Assembly (NCBI GenBank): GCA_902785605.1
Contig: CACZZL010000008.1
Coordinates: forward strand, 8,538-72,537
Reading direction: 5' to 3'
DNA from: an uncultured Bacteroidales bacterium
Lineage (GTDB): Bacteria; Bacteroidota; Bacteroidia; Bacteroidales; Paludibacteraceae
Length of the DNA stretch: 64,000 nt
Shown in pieces: positions 51,444 through 60,500 of this stretch. Within the stretch, counting starts at the first letter, position 1, and every line of letters begins with the position of its first letter. A program made the translations under genes and the position numbers. Below the pieces are notes generated by a model. The model worked only from the letters and a program-made list of their open reading frames with translations. It did not search any database and was not told where the DNA came from.

Positions 51444-53090
51444 ATGGCAAGAAAATCTCCATATACAGACAAGCAATTTTTGCAACAATTGCATATAGAT
51501 AGATTACGCGGCTTAGAGAATATTGAATTGTCTTTCTGCGATAATCCAAACGAGACAAATGTTTTGGGTGTTAACAAGAAGTATATAACTGGTATTTTTG
51601 GTAAGAATGGAAGCGGGAAAACCACATTGTTACAAACAATCCTATGCTTGTATCGTCCTAAATATCATAAAGTTGGTAACGAAGAGAAAGTATTTGCAGG
51701 TGCAACATGGCTCACAAGAATGAGTAGATTTTTTAAGCATATAGATGGTGTACTATGGGGAGAGAGCCAATTCTATGCAATCTATGAGCACGACTTGCTT
51801 AAAGGGGATACCCGTACTTTTGTTACTAAAAAGGTACCTTTCTCAAAAAGTATAACTGGAAAGAAAGATTGGAAACCTCAACAGCCTCAAAAATTTAATA
51901 GAGACATATTTTATGTTCCTATTCAAACGAGTGTCCCAGATATCGAATTTATTGCAAAGGACAAATCAAATGTGTCATATAGATTTACACCAAACAGTCA
52001 GCTGAGTCCTAGTATCTTGCAAGCAGCGAGTGCTATAACAAATATTGATTATCAACTTGTAGAGGTGGGCACTACGGCTGGATTCCATAGTTACAGAGTG
52101 ACTAAACAGATAAATGGTGTATCTGTTAGATATCATTCTTTTAATATGGGAGCAGGTGAACAACGTTTATTCCGTATTCTTGATATACTCTATAATGCCC
52201 CCAAATACTCGTTAATCGCGATTGACGAATTAGACATGACCTTGCATTCTGCAGCATTGCGAAAATTAATTGATGTTATTGATGTTAAGGCACAAGAAAA
52301 AAAATTTCAGGTCTTTTTTACATCGCATAGACCAGAATTAATGGATATGCCTCAAGTGCATTCTTATTACATTATGCATAGAGGAGACCAAACTTTATGT
52401 TTAGATAATCCTACTGCAGATTGTTATGAAGAATTAAGTGGAGAACAGAATAAGCCGTTTGTTATATATTTGGAGGACAAGTTTTCTAAAGCCATAACAT
52501 CAAAGGTGCTCTCCGATTTAAACTTAATACAGCGATCAAACATAATGTCCGTTGGCACATACCATAATTGCATTGTAATGCTATATGCGGCTATAACACA
52601 AGTACATGAGAATGAAATAAAATCCAATCCTGTTGATGCCGATGTAAGGGCGGCTAATATCATTAAAGATTATGTGGCTATTTTGGATGGGGATATATCT
52701 CCAGCCATTTTACAGTCCGAAATAAATAAGGTGATAACAGGAGGCGATCCTCTTACTCAAACACGTAAACGTTGGGTACAACAACAGATACTTCAGTATA
52801 ATAGCAAACCATCGCTTATACAACAGGGCAAGAACATGTGTCCTGAAGAGTTTATCCATGAGGCGTTTAAAGCTATACAAAATCCAATGAGCAGCATTGT
52901 TGTTATGTCAAATGGTATAGTGGTTTTGGATAATGACCCACATGGGTACTTTACTACTATTTTAAATGGGAACATATTTAGTATCGAAGGGGTTATTAAT
53001 GAATTTGCGGTCACTCCTGAATGGAGTAATTACGTTGTGACCATTAAGAGTTGGGCCCAAAGTCGAAAAGTGAGCCACCAATATACGTAA
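51444..53090 (+). CDS. OLD-family-like ABC-ATPase + TOPRIM/DUF4435-like fusion (protein B)
   Basis: FGKNGSGKTTLLQ (Walker A). NMGAGEQRLFRIL (signature-like). YSLIAIDELDMTLH (Walker B / D-loop). FFTSHRPE (H-loop). The C-terminal part has PFVIYLEDKFSK (Glu) and YVAILDGDISP (DxD), as in TOPRIM. Confidence 0.6.
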   Translation: MARKSPYTDKQFLQQLHIDRLRGLENIELSFCDNPNETNVLGVNKKYITGIFGKNGSGKTTLLQTILCLYRPKYHKVGNEEKVFAGATWLTRMSRFFKHIDGVLWGESQFYAIYEHDLLKGDTRTFVTKKVPFSKSITGKKDWKPQQPQKFNRDIFYVPIQTSVPDIEFIAKDKSNVSYRFTPNSQLSPSILQAASAITNIDYQLVEVGTTAGFHSYRVTKQINGVSVRYHSFNMGAGEQRLFRILDILYNAPKYSLIAIDELDMTLHSAALRKLIDVIDVKAQEKKFQVFFTSHRPELMDMPQVHSYYIMHRGDQTLCLDNPTADCYEELSGEQNKPFVIYLEDKFSKAITSKVLSDLNLIQRSNIMSVGTYHNCIVMLYAAITQVHENEIKSNPVDADVRAANIIKDYVAILDGDISPAILQSEINKVITGGDPLTQTRKRWVQQQILQYNSKPSLIQQGKNMCPEEFIHEAFKAIQNPMSSIVVMSNGIVVLDNDPHGYFTTILNGNIFSIEGVINEFAVTPEWSNYVVTIKSWAQSRKVSHQYT

Positions 53091-53099
53091 TAATTTAAA

Positions 53100-53215
53100 C
53101 ACAAACAACATATAAAAATTATTGAGCGCGTACACGTACACGCGTACGCGAATGGAATAGAATACTAATAAAAATATAAAATATTAAAACTATCATGAAA
53201 AATTTTAATCTGGAT
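53100..53215 (+). repeat. leader / 5'-end copy 1 of the giant-gene leader family
   Basis: CACAAACAAC...ATTATTGAGCGC, then a 25-nt R/Y tract (53126-53150), then AAAAATATAAAA...ATCATGAAAAATTTTAATC. It is homologous to 53855-54029 and 57376-57560. Confidence 0.75.
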
Positions 53216-53809
53216 TCGGAGAAGTTTGTTCAAGCATTGATTGGGCTTCATGCTGACACCTTCGATATGAACGATCAACAAAGAATAATATCTTTGTCTC
53301 AAAAGTTAGAAAATAACAAAATAGGATGGGTAAACGTCAATATTAACAATCTTGTAAATAATGCTAATATTCTTTCGTATCCGGAAGATATATTGTGTTG
53401 TTACTACCCTTCAATATACCAATACCTTCAAAAAATACCAAGACAATATTGGTTCGTAATAACAATTCCTCAGGGTGTAGATACGGCAGACCCATTCTTA
53501 TATAAAAATTTTGAAAATCACTTTGAGAGTTTCATGTCAATCAAGGAAGAAATTAAGCTATGGGGATTAGGAGAATTATTGTTTTTTAAGATTGAGCAAT
53601 CGCATATTATATCTGTTTTTAATGTAGAACAACCGTGTGTAGACAATGCGAAAAATCTTTCAATTATCTTGCAACAATGGATAAATAAGCAATATTTTGA
53701 TATTTATAATAAGATTAATTATGCTTGGAAAGTAAGATATTCTAAAGTGTATGAATATGAAGATATTCCGGTGACCTTAAATAATATTGAAAAAGGTAGG
53801 ATCGCATAA
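53195..53809 (+). CDS. hypothetical protein (protein C) whose first codons derive from the repeated leader
   Basis: 204 aa and AT-rich, with no motif I recognise. It starts MKNFNL, compared with MKNLNL for the giant gene. Confidence 0.45.
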   Translation: MKNFNLDSEKFVQALIGLHADTFDMNDQQRIISLSQKLENNKIGWVNVNINNLVNNANILSYPEDILCCYYPSIYQYLQKIPRQYWFVITIPQGVDTADPFLYKNFENHFESFMSIKEEIKLWGLGELLFFKIEQSHIISVFNVEQPCVDNAKNLSIILQQWINKQYFDIYNKINYAWKVRYSKVYEYEDIPVTLNNIEKGRIA

Positions 53810-53854
53810 TATAAATTTATCAGGAGCATTGGGTTAGGTTATTCTCAAAAACAC

Positions 53855-54029
53855 CACAAACACCCAATATGAATTATTGAGCGCACACACATGCGCGTGG
53901 AGAGATAAGATAACAAAAACCCAAAAATATAAATCATCATGAAAAAACTTTAAACTTAATCAGTCGGCTATTGTCATATAGCCATGAAAAACAATCACCG
54001 CAGCGCTTCGCCCGCTATGCGGCTATGCT
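53855..54029 (+). repeat. leader / 5'-end copy 2, with a frameshifted start
   Basis: ATTATTGAGCGC, then a 19-nt R/Y tract (53881-53899), then ATGAAAAAACTTTAA (a 2-nt insertion relative to copy 3 gives MKKL-stop). About 90 nt follow that are nearly identical to 57480-57560. Confidence 0.8.
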
Positions 54030-54542
54030 CGCTGGGAAAATTTCCAAGTAGCAATCAATCGGGCAAAAGATGCATGTAACTCGCAAAATATCAATACTGA
54101 TGATCATTTTCGTGACGTCACGAAAACGATACCTATGCCTAAAGGAGCACAAAAAGAAATCAATGATGTTCTACTCTCCCGTTATGCCTGCTATCTAATT
54201 GCACAGAATGGCGATCCAAAGAAAGAAGAGATCGCTTTTGCACAGAGTTATTTTGCTGTACAGACACGCCGTGCGGAACTGATTGCAGAGCGGTTACAAC
54301 TACAGCAACGGTTAGAAAAACGCGAAGAGTTGAGAGCTTCAGAAAAACGTTTATCTCAAAATATCCCCTCTATTACTACAGAACACGTCCAGAACAATCG
54401 CACCGTGAGAGACATGATGGGTCAGCGAGGGATTAAGCCGGAGGAATTGCCGCCTGCAGAGGATATTAAGAAAGTAGAGCGGCGAGTTGCTAAAGAAGAA
54501 AAGGCTTTAGGTGAATCACAAAAACTACCCAGAAAAAAGTAA
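54021..54542 (+). pseudogene. dinD: dinD (DNA-damage-inducible protein D) remnant lacking its 5' end
   Basis: In frame from 54021: GYARWENFQVAINRAKDACN...LLSRYACYLIAQNGDPKKEEIAFAQSYFAVQTRRAELI...IKPEELPPAEDIKKVERR. There is no start codon before ATG 54135. The N-terminal roughly 40 codons are replaced by leader copy 2. The middle of the protein appears shortened. Confidence 0.6.
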
Positions 54543-54662
54543 ACGAACCAAGTCTTAAGTGTCCGAATGACACCATAAGATGGGCCGGTAAAAACAAGAA
54601 CGTAAAAGCACAACACTAACCTCGGTTAAAAGAAGGAAATACCTTAAAACTTATCAAGCAAT

Positions 54663-55562
54663 ATGAGAACAGATGGAAGCAAACTAAAGAAATTTGAATT
54701 TCCTCCCGAAGCTTATGCCATAAGGTTATATTTCAAGTGTGAAGGATGCCAAAATGAAATTGCATTGTATGACATAGAGTGCCCTGCGATTACATTTGAA
54801 CACCCAGAGCCAGATGATCTCAATGATGGAACCTCTCATAAAACATGTAGTTGTAAATACTGTGGGCATCTTTATGACGTAGATTTAAACAACAGATATG
54901 GTGCGGGAATGGGGACTATCAAAGGCTTATATGAAAATGCCTCTGTATATGTAGTCAATCAAGAATCCATAGATACTGTTTTTCAAGAAAAGATTCAGGA
55001 TCAATATTCACACATAGTTAATCAATGTTACGATGCAGACAAAATGCTTCAAGAGATAGATCCTCTGATAATTAATGAAGAAACGCGCCAATACCTCTAT
55101 AAGCTGATATATGTTTCTTTTATAGCATGTATGGAAGAATATCTTTATTTTACTTTAATCAACTTAATAACACTTAGTGAAGATAATAAGGATGCTTTTG
55201 GCGCTAATGCGGAAAAGATAAGAAGAAAAATTGAGAACGAGTTACTTATACCCGGCAAAAGCTACGAGGAGGTATTGAAGTCTATACTATTAAAGAGAAC
55301 TTTTCATCCGACTGAAGAAATTTGCGGGTACTACAATATATATGGAATAGATATATTGGAAGGGATTTCTAAAAAGATACTCGATGACGCAATTGATATT
55401 CGAAATGATATAATGCATCGAAATGGTTTGAATATTCACAATAATATAACCTCTTTAAGCAGAGAAGATATAGATGCATTAAAAAACGAGGTGCTAAAGC
55501 TCATTGGTAATGTTGAAACCCAAGTGGTAAAGTATATTAGAAATATAGAGATCCATGATTGA
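54663..55562 (+). CDS. Zn-ribbon + HEPN-like protein (protein D)
   Basis: 299 aa. CEGC (26-29) and CSCKYC (62-67) form a zinc-ribbon pattern. IDIRNDIMHRNG has R247-x4-H252 (nt 55401-55418), the HEPN Rx4-6H signature in an alpha-helical C-terminal half. Confidence 0.5.
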   Translation: MRTDGSKLKKFEFPPEAYAIRLYFKCEGCQNEIALYDIECPAITFEHPEPDDLNDGTSHKTCSCKYCGHLYDVDLNNRYGAGMGTIKGLYENASVYVVNQESIDTVFQEKIQDQYSHIVNQCYDADKMLQEIDPLIINEETRQYLYKLIYVSFIACMEEYLYFTLINLITLSEDNKDAFGANAEKIRRKIENELLIPGKSYEEVLKSILLKRTFHPTEEICGYYNIYGIDILEGISKKILDDAIDIRNDIMHRNGLNIHNNITSLSREDIDALKNEVLKLIGNVETQVVKYIRNIEIHD

Positions 55563-57216
55563 TCAAAATAAATTTCCGGTATATAGCCGCCAATATGTAG
55601 ACCTAATTAATAACAAGTTTAGGGATGGCGATTTCGTTACGATTTGTAACGATAGGCAGTTCTGCGCTCTGGTGGACGATGAACATGCCGGCGTTTACAT
55701 GCAAGGATATTCATGGGATCTGCATTTTACGGATCCCTCTGAACGAATAAGTGAGCATGATAATAAATTCCTACACTTAGATACATATAATGACGGAATA
55801 ACACCGTTCGTTTATCAAGTTGAATCTCTCGACGAGCGACCTCCATATTACTATATTGATAATGATTTTTTGGCTTTATACAAATTATTTCCACGCTATG
55901 GTGAATACAAAGAAATCTATTATGTGCAAGTGAATGTGGCTTGTGAGGAAACCATAGTAATCAAAGTAGAAGGAAGTGTTGTATCTATTCGGGAAGACTA
56001 TTTATTGGAATATCTGGCTATAAAACAATTAAACTTATTGCTGTTTTTCGATTATATTGTATATGACCCTGCAAAATTAGAAGGAGAACCCCAACGAAAT
56101 ATAGTATATTCAGATAAGGATTCGTTTTTTATTTATTGTGATGTAGAGCCAACCGGTTTGTTTCAAGAGTGGAAGTCAGGTGGCTGGTTCATGGGGAAAG
56201 TGATATATCGCCATAATAATGACATCCGGCATCTTTGGGATCCAATAGATGACAAATATGAAGATTTTATTGTTGGAGTAAAAGAAAATGGAAAACTTGA
56301 GTATAGTACTTGTGAAGAAGATAAGTTGACGAATTTATTTAATTATGAAGGAAAGGGTACTTATACTTTAACACCGGTATATTTTGATAGAGAGGTGTTA
56401 AACAGATATATTCAGAATCCTGACCGATATTCAGTACGAGATGGCTATCTTAGTGCTCCGTCATGGATGTTGAAGATGGATAATGACAGAGCAGATAATA
56501 ATATTGCTGTATTTCTGGTGGATCTGGGGCGTATTCCTTACGCGGAGCAGCAGCACTGGAAAAAATATAATGTGATACCAAAGGGACTGAGTTTGAGTAA
56601 AACTGCGGTTGCAAGAAATATCATAGGGCTATCTACTAATGCTAAAACTAATCCGGCGCACGTATTTAAGCAACAATACATTGATCTCAATCAGAAATGG
56701 GAAGCGAAATACGGTTGGCCGATATTTTTACCTTTTGGATCTCCTGAGGAAAATGAAGAATTCCAAAACTTGGACATTTTAAATACGGACAACAATTTCA
56801 AAGAACTAAAATGTAATATACTTACGATCACTAAAAGTGTTGTTGACTCATTAAATGAAATTAAAATAATTGAAGCTATCAATACTATGGGAATAGATAC
56901 GAAGGAGTATTTGGATAGCGTTAGCAAGAAAATTGGAAAAGAATTAAAGAATGTCTCTGATATATGTGGTGGAATTAATAGGCTTGAATGTCTCCTAATT
57001 ACAACTAAAAACGAAGATGTGGAATTTATTAAAACTCTTCGAAATATCCAAGAATTCCGTTCTGGCGTCATAGCCCATAGAGAACATCGGGATTCAAATA
57101 AAGCTCGCAATGCACTTAGTCTGGATAAATATGATCACCGAACAGCATTAAATCTTATATATATCGAACTGGCAAATGGCTTTGCTCGAATAAATAACGC
57201 CATTTGCAAACCCTAA
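55555..57216 (+). CDS. large uncharacterised protein with C-terminal HEPN-like Rx5H motif (protein E)
   Basis: 553 aa. The ATG overlaps the protein D stop (ATGATTGA). The C-terminus reads LRNIQEFRSGVIAHREH, with R502-x5-H508 (nt 57058-57078). The N-terminal roughly 480 aa has no motif I can name. Confidence 0.45.
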   Translation: MIDQNKFPVYSRQYVDLINNKFRDGDFVTICNDRQFCALVDDEHAGVYMQGYSWDLHFTDPSERISEHDNKFLHLDTYNDGITPFVYQVESLDERPPYYYIDNDFLALYKLFPRYGEYKEIYYVQVNVACEETIVIKVEGSVVSIREDYLLEYLAIKQLNLLLFFDYIVYDPAKLEGEPQRNIVYSDKDSFFIYCDVEPTGLFQEWKSGGWFMGKVIYRHNNDIRHLWDPIDDKYEDFIVGVKENGKLEYSTCEEDKLTNLFNYEGKGTYTLTPVYFDREVLNRYIQNPDRYSVRDGYLSAPSWMLKMDNDRADNNIAVFLVDLGRIPYAEQQHWKKYNVIPKGLSLSKTAVARNIIGLSTNAKTNPAHVFKQQYIDLNQKWEAKYGWPIFLPFGSPEENEEFQNLDILNTDNNFKELKCNILTITKSVVDSLNEIKIIEAINTMGIDTKEYLDSVSKKIGKELKNVSDICGGINRLECLLITTKNEDVEFIKTLRNIQEFRSGVIAHREHRDSNKARNALSLDKYDHRTALNLIYIELANGFARINNAICKP

Positions 57217-57343
57217 CAAAAACCCCTTTTGCATCCTTTTCGCTGCGAGAACCCAAAGCACGGTCCATTGCTGCCGATCAACTCCTACAAACCCCTCTTT
57301 TTGTGAAAAATTGAAAATATTTTTATGTTTTTCGACATTTCCC

Positions 57344-57375
57344 TTGCGGATGTCGAATTTTTTTTGTACCTTTGC
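57344..57375 (+). promoter_or_regulatory. sigma-A promoter of the giant surface-protein gene
   Basis: TTG at 57344-57346 and TACCTTTG at 57367-57374. Confidence 0.7.
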
Positions 57376-57560
57376 GCCCGTTTTATTCGGGCGCGACAGC
57401 GCAACGCATGCGTAGACGCACAAAGGTGCGCAAAAAATGAAAACATAACTAACTAAAAATATAAAACATCATGAAAAATTTAAACTTAATCGAAAGGCTA
57501 TGGACAGATAGCCATGAAAAACAATCGCCGCAGCGGTTCGCCCGCTATGCGGCAATGCTA
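57376..57560 (+). repeat. leader / 5'-end copy 3, the functional copy attached to the giant gene
   Basis: TTTTATTCGGGCGCGACAGCGCAACGCATGCGTAGACGCAC (a degenerate R/Y tract), then AAAAATATAAAACATCATGAAAAATTTAAACTTAATC...CGCTATGCGGCAATGCT. Confidence 0.75.
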
Positions 57561-60500
57561 ATCATGCTCCTCACCCTCGGTGTCGGACAGATGTGGGCGA
57601 CGGACTTGTATGTCATGAACTTCGATGGCAAATGGTCTTACTCAGATGCCAACAAGATGGAAGGCACATCTAGCCCTTGGGTTCACTATGGTTATTGGAA
57701 TACCAGTAAGGAGTTCAAAATTGCCACATCCGATTGGTCTACAGTAAATCTTGGCAAGAAGGATAGCAATCCGACAATTGGAGGCTCTGCAGTTGAAGTA
57801 ACACACGGCAGTGCTACCAATTTAACGTTCCCTACTCCTGCGAGTCAAGGTGGTATCTATAAAATTACCGTCACACTTTCAAGTGGCACTTATAAAGTTA
57901 AAATTGAAGCCGTAGCTACGGAACAAACCACATGGAGACAAATTAGTGCGCCAAAGATTTATTGGAATAACACTGATGCTGGTTACACCAATGTCACCAT
58001 GATAAATGGTCGTTATACCAATTATGGCGGGGATGGAAAAGGAACACTTGCTAGTCCGCTTACCCGCATAACGAATACCAACTTATGGTATAACACATCC
58101 ATCAGCAATGGAACAGGAGATGGCTCGTGGTTTACATCAACTCTTTTTGTCGATGCAAACTGGGATAGTTGGGAGAATAATAATGTACCTACTCAACGTG
58201 CTATGTATGCTGCGTCAAATACGGCAGTTAATACTGCTTCACTAAACAGCAAGACTTTCTTGTTCAGCGCTGCCAACGGCAACCGAGGTGCGACATTAAG
58301 CCGCTCGCAACTCTCAAGTGGCTATTCTGAATTAAACAAAACACAGACAGTCGAGGTATATGTAAAAGTAGGTAGTGGATCGTATACTAAGAGAACGAGT
58401 AGTTGGCCGGGGACACTGACGCCGGATAGATACTATTTGTCTAATGCGACGACTGCTTCGCATGTGAACAACACGGCATTGACCGCCAGTTCGAGCGTAA
58501 CCGTTTCTGCAGTACTTACTTCGGCATTTAGTTTGAGTGAGTCTTCTACAGCTGATGGTTATAATTTTGACGGTTGGGGCACAAGTTCAAGTTCTACCCC
58601 ATCTGGTAAGAATGCTGCATACTCTATTTCGTCCATCACTGGAGCAAATACAATATGCGCTTTTTTCACTGCACCGAGTTACTCTATCACCTATAATTTG
58701 AATGGAGGTACGCAACAAGTAAGTCCGGCTCCAGCGACATCATATACGGTAGAGAGTAGTGCTATTACGCTCCCGACACCGACAAGGGATGGATATGATT
58801 TCGATGGTTGGTTCGACAACTCCAGTTTTACCGGTTCGGCTATAACCACGATTGCTGCTGGTTCTACCGGTAATAAGGAGTATTGGGCGAAATGGACTGA
58901 AGCAAGTACATATTATGATGTTACGTTTGGAGTTCATGAGTCCGGCAATGGTACGTTAACTGCGGTAAAGACAGTCAATTCAGCATCTATCACATCCGGA
59001 GAAGACCTTCTATCCGGAACAGCAATCACTTTTACTGCTACCCCGAGTTCATATTATGAAGTAGAAGGATGGTACACCAACTCTGCTTGTACGTTAGGCA
59101 AACACGATGCAGGTGAAACGACGTACAGCGTTGCTTCACTTGGTAGTGATATAACTGTTTATGTGAAGTTCAAACCGATTACATATAATATTACGTATAA
59201 CTTAAATAGCGGTACGAACAATCCGGGTAACCCTGCTACATATACCTATGAGAGTTCGGCTATTACTTTGCTAGACCCGACAAGGGACGGCTATACGTTT
59301 GGTGGTTGGTACACGGAAGTCGGATTGACGAACCGTGTATATAGTATTGCTGCGGGTTCTAACGGCAATAAAGCTTTCTGGGCTAAATGGACCGAGAAAA
59401 TGACGACCGTTACTGTTAACGTCAGCCCTTCAGGAGCCGGTACATTAACAGTCGGTGGCGCCGCTTTTACGCCTGGCAATACAACTACCGCTGGTGTCAC
59501 GACAAGTCGTACGGTTGTAGCAACTCCGGCGAGTGGAAAAGTGTTCTTAGATTGGTCTGTATCCGGCAATGCAACGGGTACGAATTCTACCAACACTTAC
59601 ACATTGAAAGGTAATGGAAGTGCAGGTACAGGAACCTTGACGGCGAACTTTGGTGTTGCTTCCGGTTGGTATATGGAAGGAACTGCGTTTGGCGGATGGG
59701 TTAGGCCTAATACTGCTACATATCAGTTCGCCCGTCCTTACCGTGGAATGGAGAATGTATTTTACTATCCGGCTTCTCTGGCAGCAAGTAGTTATTGGAA
59801 AGTTAATGATGGAACGAAACCATATAGCATTAGCAACTCAACTACAGCCATAACGAAAAAAACAATCTATTCGCTTACAGAAGAGTGGAGTAATTCAACC
59901 TATGCTTCATCAGCAATGACTAACATCTGGGTTGTTCTTGACAAGAGCAATAAAAAGTTATGGGTGCAGGACCCGCAAACGTATTATAATGTAAATGTGA
60001 GCGGCGCAAATGATTCCAAAGGTCCGGTAAAAGTGACGTTGAAGACAACTTCGGCATTTACCAAGGGAGACAATGTCTTTGAAACTACGCAATTTGCGAA
60101 TGGAGAGACCTTTACTATAACGGTAACACCTGTAACAGGTTACATTCCGACCATTACTATAGGAGGTAATACCCCTGTAACATGGTGGAAAGAGCAAGCA
60201 ACGTATACCGCTGATGGGACGATGAGCACCAGCGATATTACAGTTACTATCTCCTATACTCCGACGCGTGCCGTGCGGTTTGCGAAAACAACTGGTTGTA
60301 AGACATTGACGGCAACTGGCCCGGAGTCTACTAGTGTATCGGATAATACGAAGATCAAAGATGGTACGGAAATCACATTCTCTCAAGAGAATAGTGATGG
60401 TTATACGTTCAGTAAGTGGTATAGTAATAATACCGGAATCAGCGGAACGACATACTCTACGGAAGACGACGATTATACGTTGACCGTTTCTTCTACGGCT

